Shown: one piece after another, positions 50,978 through 62,098 of the stretch
How the letters are laid out: every line of letters starts with the position of its first letter
Position numbering within the stretch: the first letter of the stretch is position 1
Source of the DNA: Hydrolagus affinis
Taxonomy: Eukaryota
Reading direction: 5' to 3'
Length of the DNA: 64,000 bases
Assembly (NCBI GenBank): GCA_012026655.1
Contig: JAAILG010000147.1
Location: 1 to 64,000 of the forward strand
Program-made: the position numbers and the translations under genes
Notes under the pieces: generated by a model
Told to the model about the DNA's origin: nothing
Seen by the model: the letters and a program-made list of their open reading frames with translations, nothing else
Databases searched by the model: none

Positions 50978-51059
50978 GTTTGCACACACTGTTCTGGGGA
51001 AGCTCCCTTCGAAACAGTCGCGAAACGCCCCTGTGCGCACCATAACCATGTGCTCGCCC
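50978..51059 (+). CDS. Candidate internal coding exon (82 nt) of the same unassigned gene
   Basis: Strong acceptor ATTTTGTTTTCCTCTCACAG|G and donor CCC|GTACGT; 6 CpGs in 82 nt against a CpG-poor background; phase-0 frame VCTHCSGEAPFETVAKRPCAHHNHVLA joins in frame to the 23642 donor. Confidence 0.55.
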
Positions 51060-51239
51060 GTACGTATTCTGATAAGGTCACCTGCTGCTTTCGGATTTGA
51101 CCCCCGATGTACACTCTACGTGCATATGTTTACTTTACTTTATTTGGGGGATGCTCTTTGGTTACGTGTACACTTGCGTTTGTCAAGAAAGCGACTAATC
51201 CATACTGGTTGATGCCTGATCAGTGCTGGACACATTACA

Positions 51240-51500
51240 GTTCAAATTTACATTTATATAGTGCCATTCATGTTGTGAGGGCATCCCCAGGGAGCTTCCC
51301 GAGAACAAGGTGCTGGATTGTCTAAGGTTTGCACCCAAGCTGGGTGCAGTAGTCCAAGAGGAAATGCGATCAAAGAGAAATGTCTTGAGGCAGATCTTGA
51401 ATGTGGTGAGTGGAGGGCAAGTCACATGGACTCCGATATGGGGTTCCCGAGAGTGGGAGCATGTAAGCGCTTGAAAGCCTGACAGCCGGTGGTGTGCAGA
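51240..51500 (-). mobile_element. Old L2 3' fragment
   Basis: TTTACATTTATATAGTGCC tail; antisense translation TTFKICLKTFLF matches the L2 ORF2 C-terminus (SSFKAGLKTFLF in the 24482 copy). Confidence 0.7.
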
Positions 51501-52957
51501 GTATTCCCTGTGACTTGCATCTTAGGCAGGTAGATGCTACTTGTGCTCTAAGCCTTCCCAGTTTGGGGAGGCGGAAAATCAGACAGGGTTCCTCTATGGC
51601 CTTCTTTTGAACCAATCTTGTAAAGATTACACGTCTTAAATTGCCACTCTTAAGATGCGGTCGATAAAGCTTTCGGTGACGATGTGTGTCTAAATTTGTG
51701 GGATAGGTTTTCTAATTAGTGAATCTCAGCCTGACACTTTTACTGGGTACAGATGACATTCTCAGTCCCCACCTGTCAGCGCAGTATCGCAGGCTCAGCT
51801 GTGGACATATCAACGATTCTCAAGCTTTGAATCCTTCAGTAAAACATGCAATTTAAACCCAATGGAATCTAATGCTCCTGTTAGTTGCGGATAATTTGCT
51901 TCCCTATCCTTCATAATAGAATTTCCATTTACTGTTTGAACACTGAACGAAACATTGGCATGTGTTGGGGACCACCTGTGTTCAACCAATTTTTGTGTTG
52001 TCAGCAACGCAGCAGAAAGGAAAGGGTTAAGGATATCATTGTACCAGTTTATGTGTGGTTAAAATAATGAAATGTCACTGGAAACAGCTGAGCAAAATAG
52101 AAACCCAGAATTAAGTTGACTGCTATTAGTGCATTCATTAATTTCCTTATTTCATGTTCACTCTGCGATTAGACAATATTAATATCTAAGCCACCAGGTA
52201 AACTGCAGGCAGCAGGGACCTCTTTGTAGTAAATATGTTTGAGATTCATCGTGCGTGTCTGTTCTGAATTTAGCTGCAACACAGTAATCTATATTCTTTT
52301 CACGTAACGCTATATCTCTCCAGCTCACAGTATACTCACAGCAAACTTGATCTAAATTGAAATGACTACGGTGTAAAAAAGGGTGAAGGGGAAAAAAAAA
52401 GTAGGTAACCATTAATCTTGGGTTACCATAATGCCTGGTGGCACTTTTATCCATCATGTGGGATGGAATTTCTGCTGCCTTCCTTCACTACAGAGATGCC
52501 TTTATGTATCTAGACTAAAGTTCCAGTCTGGACTTGAAGCCTAAAGGGACACTTTTGTCTCAGGATTTGCAGCCTGAATTTGAGTGTTGCTTTGTCACTT
52601 TGTGCTCATTCTTTACACTTCTAGTAAGAAGGCTTCTTAAGCACCAGCTTCACTTGCAGGAGAGAAAGCTTCCTCGATGCATTCATTCTCATCTGCTGAG
52701 TATTATTGACAAAAAACAGATTATTTCTGTACTGCGGTAGGCAGGAAAAGTGCAAACAGATATGGGTGTCCCTTGAATGTCAAAGAACCTTTGTTGTCAT
52801 GCCGTCTGAGCCTTTGGATTAGAAAATGATGGATTAATCTCTAGATAAATAGCTAAGAGGTAGACAAACTTCACTAAATGCGTGAAAGAGATGCGTGTTC
52901 ATCAGACTTTCTGTGTCTGACTGTGATCTGCTCCACCTGGTTTCCTTTCATACCCAG

Positions 52958-53172
52958 ACATGTTGAAGATCCAGGTGATTACTGACTTGTACAAGGTGCT
53001 GTACGGTAGCTTTGGTTCTGGGTCACTCCCACCTTCCACAAGTCACCACGTTGTTCAGATCCATACTGAATCAAAGGAGAAAACTTTGAAAGAGGGGCCA
53101 TCACTGCAGATGTTGTTATGGATGTGGTTGAAATATGATCCAGAAACTGCACCTACTGGTGGGGAGAGTAAG
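52958..53172 (+). CDS. Weak candidate third exon
   Basis: Acceptor TTTCCTTTCATACCCAG, phase-1 start compatible with the 51059 donor, open frame to donor AAG|GTCAGT; peptide unrecognised. Confidence 0.2.
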
Positions 53173-53354
53173 GTCAGTGCAACTGTGTGACACAACAATA
53201 AAGGAGGATGTCTTGAGCTCTGTTCCAAACTGGATCTAAATTATTTACAATATTGCTTTAGTGGCAAGCTTACTAACTCCATTCAACTCCTTTTAGCAAA
53301 ATATGGTTTCACAGTAGGATATTGTTTAAAATCGGTGATTCACTTCATGGCTGA

Positions 53355-53468
53355 TCGTGCAACATTGCTGCGTTGCCTACAAACACAGTCAATGTAAGTC
53401 CTGCGACATGCTTTGAAGTGGCCTGACTTGAAAGGCATATTGAATGCAAGGCTTATCATCATTATTGC
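53355..53468 (+). mobile_element. DeuSINE 3' fragment
   Basis: TGCTGCGTTGCCTACAAACACAGTCA...GAAAGGCATATTGAATGCAAGGCTTATCATCATT. Confidence 0.6.
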
Positions 53469-53834
53469 TCTATGAGCTTTTGGTTTTTGCAGTACTGTAC
53501 ATGCTGGGTACAGATGCGGATATGTGAAAGGTGAGGTAGAAAAATTAGCTATGCCTATTTTTAAAAAAAATTTACTTTGGCTTTTCTGTTGCATTGGTCA
53601 GTAATTTCTTGAAAGCAAGCCTGATTCCTTGTAATCTTATAGTAAAGTGATCATCTATACATCATTTCTCCATAGTGAAGTATGTGTTGGAGCCATGGTG
53701 CAAAATGTCTGAGTCTAGATCTCGAAGTAGCAATGCCCAAGCCGATTTCTCAAAGACCAATTTTCAACCAATCAGCGGAGTCCTTAGTAAAAGATGATGC
53801 CGTGTTGGTTACTCGGTCCATGATTACTTGTAGG

Positions 53835-54080
53835 ACATTGTTTCACCCACAAATACACAGTCAATTCACTTTACAGTACATTGTGTGAAGCGATTTGCAA
53901 CATTTGGAAGATGTGAAAAGCACTATATCAAATGCAAGGATTGTTATTATTGCTGTGCGCAACCAGTTTTTGCCCACAAAATACACAGACAACCCACTTT
54001 GCAGTGTACCCTGTGAAGCACTTTGAGACGTCTCAACAACTTGATGAAGTGCTATAACAAATGCAAGGGTTATTATTATT
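53835..54080 (+). mobile_element. Two tandem SINE 3' halves
   Basis: Two consecutive CCCACAAA..ACACAG..CACTTT..GTGAAGC..AAATGCAAGG..TTATTATT units (53835-53951 and 53952-54080). Confidence 0.85.
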
Positions 54081-57000
54081 TCATTATTATTCCACCCCTA
54101 TTAATACACGATTACATTTGCAGCATTTCTTATCCGGATTCCTCCTGTAAGAATTTCCTTTGAACTGAGGGAATTCTGCCTCAGAACTAGATTGTCTGAG
54201 CGGTATGGCACGTTCCAGGAAGGAAACCTCACTTATAGATCTTGGGCATCAGTTTGACAGGACCTCCAGCAACCACGTTAGACATCTGTAGGTTATCAAG
54301 GAATCCCATAAAGAAATACCTCACGTTAAACCCCAAATTAGCAAATGCCACTAATTTTTAGTATCAAACAAAAGCTTTTTTTTCTCACTTTTTCCTTCAT
54401 CACTTTGTGCCTTTGAAGCTTCTTTTTCTCATTTACATTGATCTTAAATAGAACTTGTGTCATATCCAATTGAGCAACCAAAAACCTTTAAGAGTCCTTC
54501 GTTAATATTGATAGCTGATCATGTGACTTTTTTTTAAAACCATTCTTTAATACCATGTCTAGAAGACGTGATAAGGCGCTATATCAAACGCAAGGATTAT
54601 CATTTTTTTAAAACAAAAGCTAACCGTTAATAATGACGTGTGCACTCAAATTCCTCAACCAATGTGATTTAAAAGCGGGAGCTATACAAGTCCATACAAT
54701 TGAGGAACATAAAATACGTCTAGACATGAATTAATAAGTACTGGCTGGATTGCAGTTCTTGTAGTCCAAAGTCCATTGAAATGTAGCCTGTAGAATGTAG
54801 CTGTTGAGAGCTGGCTAATGGAATTGTAGGGTTTGACTGATATCTTGTTTCCCTTGATTACCTTCGGGGGAGAAATCCAAGAGTTTTGTTTCTTTCGAGT
54901 TTACCTGTTGTTATTTCCCTCCCTCAGGTGTTTGAACCAGAGTGGAGTCCACAGTGCAAACTTTACACGGTCTGTACACAGAAGGAACGACCTTGAGGGA
55001 CCTTCTGTGTTCTGTGGTCTCTTATTGAGTCTTATTGTGGTTGGGTCATATCTTTCATAGTTTGACATTCCCATGCCTGGTTATTCAAATCAATCTGTCA
55101 CTTAGCACTTACTATGTTTTGTTTTGAAAGAAAGCTTTTGCAGCAACAGTCCTGGAATTCAGTCTTTATTTAAGGAGAGAACATTAACCACAGAGCTTTC
55201 TTTCACTGGTATACCCCGTGGCATTTGCACATTATTTCAGTGCCTGCAGTTTGGATATAATGTGCAGTGCTCTTGAATCATACCAATATTGATCAGCCCA
55301 CTCGTCTGTCTGTCAAATACTTCCTCACAGCAACCTTGACACTTACAAGAGTTGATTCTGATGTAGCACAGTCTGTTCAGGGAGAATAGCAAATCCTTTC
55401 TCCACCTTGAGAAGCTTGAATCAGACATTCCAAGTAAATGTACATCAATTCCATGCACACTCGGAACGATCGTTTTTATGCAGAAGGCCAAGATTTTATC
55501 CAGTACACTGGATATTGTGCCAAAATCAACAGCACCTTCCTAAAGAACTGAAGATATCGAGACGTTTGTATAATCACAAGAAGCTGCTTCACTGCCAACT
55601 TTCACTAGTACAGTTACAAGATACCGCCCAGAGGGAGAATTGATTAAAATAGAATGCACGCTGGCTTATCTGAAATGCAAACATGAAGTCATTATTTACC
55701 ACTCCATTTTTGTGTGGTGAGGTATAGATGGAGTCATTGTCAAATCGCACATTGCTCTGATCCTCCACTAGTTTTGCCATTAGGTATTCAACCACGTCTG
55801 ACAAGTACATGATGAACCAAATGTGCCTTTGAATGAATTTTAATTGAGGCAAGGAACTAATTAAGCACATTTTATTTTCCATTTCTGCATGGCTACATGA
55901 CATGGCTTATGTACCTTTTCAATGTACCAATTCCCTGAAACACTAGACAAGAGAAGAACCTTTCTTGATGCATGTGATTTTGCACATAGAGACGAGAAAA
56001 GGAAAATGAGGAATAATTTTCTTTTCGACTCTCATTTTGTTACAAAATATGCAAGAGAGAAAACAAAATTCTGTTCGCAAAAGTAAAATCAACTGAACCA
56101 GCCATAAAATGTTCTCTGATTAGAATTGAAAATCTGCAAGACTAGGGTTCCTTGCTGACGGGGAATGTCTTTGAAACTTGATCCCTTTTCTTCATCCTTT
56201 CATGAAGCATTAGTGTATGCTGTGGTATAATTCTGAGTATGTCCGAAACTCCAATGACCTAATCTTATTGCTCGATCTTCTTGGGTGATTCTAGAAGTGA
56301 GGATGCCTGGTTCTCTGACTCATTTGAGAGGAATATCATTCCCCTGCCCAAACTTGCATACCACCTGGTCAGGACGTAGTTGAATTTTTACAGGATATAA
56401 TGTTGAAGCCAATAGAGTTCGACCCTCTTCAGATTCAGAACCTAACGTGGGCCAGAGATTAAATCTAGCACCAGTTTGGTATATATGGTTCAATCTCATA
56501 CCATGTGGCACCTTTGCACACTGAGCTAATAGAAGGAAATGGGTTCTCAAGAAGTTATTTATCCTCTTGGTTTTACAATTTCCTAACCTTACAAGGGAAG
56601 TCAAGATCAGGCCAAATCATACCAAGATGGATGTACCTGCTAGTGAATGATTATTTGAAGTTTGGAGTTGTCTGTATTTATAGCCTTTGAGAAATGTATG
56701 CCTGAATTATTTAGTCATAAGATCACAGGATGAAAATGGCCCATCCTTGTACAATCCCCATTACATCTCATCACAACATCAAGCTCCTTTTAAAATCAGT
56801 CCAACCACAATTCCTCACAATCTGTTCCAGCATATTACTGTCATTTCAACTCTAACCTTTGGGTTTCCTTACTGCCATTTTCCTTGACTGGATTACAGTT
56901 TTGTCACCATTATCCAACTATCTCTGCCTGTATGTAAATACTTTTTTTTCCCTGTGATCATCTTTAGACTTCTTTCCAATGAGATTACTGTAATTATCGT

Positions 57001-57367
57001 CCACTTGTCTTTTCAGAATAAACAGTGTGCATTGCATTCCATTTGGTACTGTCATGTTTGGTCTCACTGTTTCTGAACTTCTCAATACAATAATTTGTGC
57101 GGTAATCACTTCCATCTATCTTTTTTTATTTCCCAACTAATCAAATCCATCCACTCATCTAGATAGACAGGCTATGAAACCCTGAATTAAATTACTGACG
57201 TATAATCACTTCCAGGTATTCATTGTGCTGATTATACATCCATGTAGCAATCCCCTTCTCATGAGTTATTACATTTAAATCGATCTCAGGTATTATTCTG
57301 TATTCGAAACATCTGTATCCCTTGATGATGCTGCTTCCTCCTAATCACTCCCAGATATTGAAGCACT

Positions 57368-57606
57368 CAACAAGGGGTCATAGTTTCGAGCTAGGAAGGG
57401 GGAAGGTAATCAGACAGTTTAGATTTAACTGCTTGATAGAAAGGGTGGTGATTATGTGGAACAGTTTTCCTAAGGAGTTGGATGGTGTCAACTTTCAAGA
57501 GGGGATTAGGTAGACTTACGATGGAGGGAAGTGGTGATTGCATTTAGCAAATGGAGCTGACCAGATGGACAGTGAAGTCTCTTCTGATCTTGTGTATTGC
57601 TATGTT
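57368..57606 (+). mobile_element. CR1 3' fragment
   Basis: TRGHSFEL...RVVIMWNSFP (CR1 ORF2 C-terminus TRGHxxKL...RVVxxWNxLP); tail GACCAGATGGACAG...GCTATGTTC. Confidence 0.75.
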
Positions 57607-58500
57607 CCCACAAAGCATCTGCCATATATATAATTGATTTATGACCTACTCTAAAACCTGTGGGGTGAAAAAACATGCAACAGGAAAGTAAGGAATCTGA
57701 AATGACTTGCATGTACTTCCAGTTGGGTGGAAAAGTCAATTCTCTTACATTCTACCCCCACCCCCACCCCCACCAATATGTTTTGTCTGATCAGGAATTC
57801 CCAATGCAGAGTCCTTGGAACAAATGTGCTTTGTGGCAATGTGTCTTTTCTTTCAGTCTGGGAGCAGAAAAGATCCAGATCAGAAATCCGAACCGCCTAG
57901 AATTTGCTGAACACAAAGCGAAATCGCTGTACTATAAAAATGTCTCCTCTTTATGCACATAACTGCAAAAGTAATTTTTGAAATGGCTGAAAGAAATTTG
58001 GGATGGAAAATAATTGATTTTTTAAAAAAATCTTCATTCCTTTCATTATCAGCCACATATTTAAACCACACAATTGAAAAACGAACCTTTTAGCAGGAAA
58101 TTAAAATGAATACAATTCCTTCGAGCTTTGCCGTCCACTATAGATTGCCAAAAGGTTTATCCCACTGAGAAATTGCACACTTCTATTGTAAGCTTCAAGC
58201 TGGTATTGAAATAAATAACATTGTGCCTTTGACCTTTAGGTGAGTGTTTTGTGTATGTCAGTGCTTGGAGGCAGTTTAAGGCACAGTCTTAGGTTATACA
58301 ATCAAGCAATTTCCTTCCCCAAGAGAATTCACTGCGAATCGGTTTATTCCTTGGGATTCCAGTGACTGTTAATATGAACTCGTTTTCTGTGTTATGGATA
58401 CAGATTGAGTTTAATCCCCCGTGAATCATCTACTTGCTTGCTCCCGGCAATAAAATAGATGATTAAGCACTGGAGGACTTCAGACATCAATTGCTTATTG

Positions 58501-58605
58501 AATAATAATAATAATCTTTGCATTTAATATAGTGCCTATCATGTCTTTGAGAAATCTCAAAGCACTTTGTAGGACATACTGTAAAGTGAATTGACTGTAT
58601 ATTTT
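58501..58605 (-). mobile_element. SINE 3' fragment
   Basis: (AAT)n CTTTGCATTT...TCTCAAAGCACTT...TGTAAAGTGAATTGACTG. Confidence 0.8.
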
Positions 58606-58961
58606 GGGGGAGGTTGTCATAACTTTGCTTTAGCGATTTCCACACACCCCACTCTGCACCTTATTCCCTGTTCAGGAGGAATGTGAAGATGGTCTCTCTC
58701 AGGCTGAATGGTTGGATGATGGGAATCCGGCCTACTTTTCCTTTATTTTGTTAAACCGTATGCAATATGAAATTAAATGTAACATTATGTTTTCCTAAAA
58801 CATTGGAGCTTAAGTCAGATGAAACTTCCAAACACGATACCCACATTTATGCATATACCATAATAGTAATGCTTATATCTGCTATAATGCCTATTACATC
58901 CCTGAGGTGTCTCAAAACACTTCACAGGATATACTGTAAAGTGAATGGACTGTTTATTTTC

Positions 58962-59275
58962 ATAATAATAATCCTTGCATTTGATATAGCGCTTTTCACA
59001 TCTTATCGACGTCTCAAAGTGCTTCACAGAATACATTCCTAAAGTGAATTGACTATATTTGTGGGCGAAACACGGCAGCCAACTGCACACAGCAATGTCC
59101 CACACACAGTTGTGGATTGAAATGACCAATTTTATTATTGTTGGTTTTTTTTGGACAGATTATTATTAGGCATGTGGAGTAAGGAAACTGGCCCAAGGTT
59201 TTGCCCTGATCTGCCTGGATTCGAACACAAGTCTCACGCTTGTAAAGCAAGTGCTCTAACCACTGAGCTACAGGA
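58962..59275 (-). mobile_element. Full-length Deu-type tRNA SINE, abutting an older SINE tail at about 58860-58958
   Basis: Collinear with 829-1140; intact A box TAGCTCAGTGG and B box GTTCGAATCC on the minus strand. Confidence 0.92.
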
Positions 59276-60232
59276 GGAAGGAGGAAGCGAGGGACATATG
59301 AAGAGATTTTGTCAAGTTCTGCAAAAACAAGCATGATCAGGAACAAGTCCAATCAAAATAAGTGAAACCACTGATATGATGCTTAGTTCTCAAGGTTCCC
59401 ATATCATCAATCTGTTACCTATGGAGTACATGCACAGAACATGAACCATGCTACAATACAGGATAAGCCAGCACAATGTTACATGGACAAAATACATTTG
59501 TAAGATTGTTTTTTTTTGATGGATGAAATGGGGCAGCCAGTTGCGCTCAGCAGTGGTACACAGGCCAAATTATTATCCAGTAAATTGAGGGAACAAATTA
59601 ATATATTTTATAAAGTGAATAAACCATTCATTTTAGTCTGACTGCAATTGGTTATGTCCAATACAAATGTGCTTTACACCATTTCACTCCACCCCTTCTT
59701 CCAAATAAGCTTGGTCAAAGTTAATTATAACATACATCAATAAATAACTAGTCTTCAATAGTTAAAATCACATATTGATGAAATGCCTGCAGACATCTGT
59801 GTGAATAGCGTGGCACCAAGGAACTGGTTTAATATTGTGCTAGATTCCCATCTGGAGAATAACCTCTTCGATGCCCTTTCGCAATCGAATAAAATGAGCA
59901 TTTCAAAAATGAAATGTCTCTCTTAGGACTACATTAATATGGTTATTTCCTGCACAAGATTACTGTTTAATTGTAACTCTCTGACCCATCTGGTTGCATT
60001 TCACCCAGCTACCAATGTCAACTGTTACTGTTGACTCCTCAAACATCATTAACAACCTCTTACTACATTTGGAACTGAGATTTCCCGCTTTGTGTCCTTT
60101 ATCATTTATGAGCATTGGCACAGGAGGCATAGATCCAGAAAGTAAAGTCTGTGCCTTCAGTTTTGAAGAAGTTTGATTTCTTAAGCGTAAATAGACTAAG
60201 ACTTCATTCAATAAGGTGGGCATTAAAAGACT

Positions 60233-61092
60233 ACAACAACAAAATTACATTTATCGAGCGCCTTTCACATCGGGAGGATGTGAACAGGGCACTGAACAGG
60301 CACTGAACAGCTAGGTCGGGACCCGAGCAGTGGGGGGATGGGTCGGGGTAGGGAGAAGGAGAATAGGAGAGAGGGTAGAGTTAGGAGGGGAGCAGAAGGC
60401 ACGGACCTTCCTCTTTAGGAAGGTCTCGAGACCAGCCTTAAAGAAGGAAAGGGAGGAAGTGAGGCGAAGGGATTGTGGGATGGAGTTCTAGAGTGTTGGG
60501 GCAGAGAGGCTGAAAGCCCAGCCACCGATGATTGGGTGGTTCGAGCGGGGGACATGGAGCAGGCCAGAGCCGGCTGAACAGAGGGGACGGGCAGGCTTAT
60601 AGGGAGACAGCAATCAGGGAGATAGGCGGGGCAAGGCCGTGAATGGCTTTGAAAGTGAGGACGAGGATCTTGAATTTGATCCTCTGGGAGATGGAGAGCC
60701 AGTGGAGACGGGCGAGGGTGGGAGTGATGTGGTCATGGAGCCTAGTGCAGGAGAGTACACGAGCTGCAAGAGTTCTGAATAATCTACATCTTATGAAGGG
60801 AGGAGCTGGGAAGGCCGATGAGGAGAGAGTTCCCGTAGTCGAGCCTAGATGTGATGAATGCGTGGACAAGTGTCTCAGCAGCATGAGGGGCGAGGTAGTG
60901 GTGGAGTCTGGCAATGTTGCAGAGGTGGTGGAAGATGGTACCAGTCATGGAGCGGATTTGGGGGAGGAAGGACAGTTCAGGGTCAAACAAGATGCCCAGA
61001 TTCCTGACTGGCTTCAAGAGGTGGAGAGTGCAGCCTTGAATGCTGATATTGCCAGCACCTGAGGTGCGGAGGCACTGATGCGAGCCAATGAG
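60233..61092 (-). mobile_element. 5'-truncated L2 LINE
   Basis: Minus ORFs with VRNLGILFD, AETLVHAFITSRLDYGN and LARLHWL; (CAA)n tail. Confidence 0.95.
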
Positions 61093-61159
61093 CGAGCCAA
61101 CTAGTTTCCCTTTTGGTGAATCCCACATCCCTGAATATAAGATGGCCAGTAGCATATAT

Positions 61160-61385
61160 AATAATAAAAATAATAATCCTAATCCTTGCATTTGATAAAA
61201 CACCTGATGACGTAGTTGAGGCATCTCAAAGTACTTCAAGGAATAAACTGTAACGTGGATTTATTGTGTATTCTTTGGAAGAAATGTGCAGCCCATTGCG
61301 CGCAGCAGTGTCCCACAAACAATCATGGATTGAGTGAACAAATTTGTTTTTTGATGGGGGAATGGGATTATTATGGGTATGTGGA
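61160..61385 (-). mobile_element. SINE lacking its head
   Basis: AATCCTTGCATTTGATA...GCAGCCCATTGCGCGCAGCAGTGTCCCACAAAC. Confidence 0.85.
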
Positions 61386-61407
61386 ATTCTCTGCTGGTAG
61401 TTGGCAC

Positions 61408-61921
61408 CAAGCTCCGGGACCACATCACTCCCACCCTTGCCCAGCTCCATTGGCTCCCCATCCCTCCCACCCCCCATCACTCCCACCCTTGCCCGGCTTC
61501 ATTGACTCCATTGGCTCACCAATTCTCCCCAGGGGATTGAATTCAAGATTCAATTCAATTTGAATTCAATTCTTCCTCACTTTCAAGGCCATTCACGGCC
61601 TTGCCCCCTCCTATCTCTCTGACCTGCTGTCCCCCTATGAATCTGCATGCCCACTCGGTTCAGTGGACTCTGGTCTGCTCCATGTGCCTTGCCAGACCTG
61701 CCTTACCATCGGCGGACGGGCTTTCAGCCTCTCTGCCCCATATTATGGAACTCTATCCCACGGTCCCTTCACCTCCCTCCTCTGCGATCGTGTCTTCTGC
61801 TGCCCTTCCAACTTTCTCCCTCCCCTCCTAACTCTCTCCTGCTTCTTCCCCCTACATTACTCCTCTCCCTTGCTCGGGTCCCACCCTGATTGTTCAGTGC
61901 CTTGGGATGTTGTTGTTGTTG
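61408..61921 (+). mobile_element. L2 3' fragment, inverted relative to 60233-61092
   Basis: HITPTLAQLHWLP codons, TIGGRAFS, and 3' UTR TGCTCGGGTCCCACC..TGTTCAGTGCC complementary to about 60300-60330; (GTT)n tail. Confidence 0.9.
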
Positions 61922-61934
61922 AGGTTGAAGCTTT

Positions 61935-62098
61935 AATATTTAATGGAAAATTTGACGCAAACTTGAGAGAGAGGGGAAAAGAAGGGTATGAGATAGGGTT
62001 TTCAGATTGTGGAGGCTTATATATAGAACATATCCTAGTATAGACTGATTAGGCTGAATGGCCTATTTCTGTACTCCAAATCTCTATGTAATACTATG
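61935..62098 (+). mobile_element. CR1 3' tail
   Basis: GGCTGAATGGCCTATTTCTGTACT...CTATGTAATACTATG. Confidence 0.65.

Noticed and set aside
50978-51059. Assignment to the SGK1 long-isoform N-terminus on a CxxCxGE..F and PCxH resemblance
   Set aside because: Spacing and flanking residues do not match my recollection of that isoform and there are no kinase exons in the window; gene left unnamed.
54928-55060. Exon after the strong acceptor TTTCCCTCCCTCAG
   Set aside because: Immediate stop in the frame compatible with the 51059 donor, and no convincing donor site.
59200-59275. tRNA gene on the minus strand (also about 1070-1140 and 36645-36715)
   Set aside because: A and B boxes are present, but there is no clear acceptor stem and the sequence runs directly into a multi-copy SINE body.
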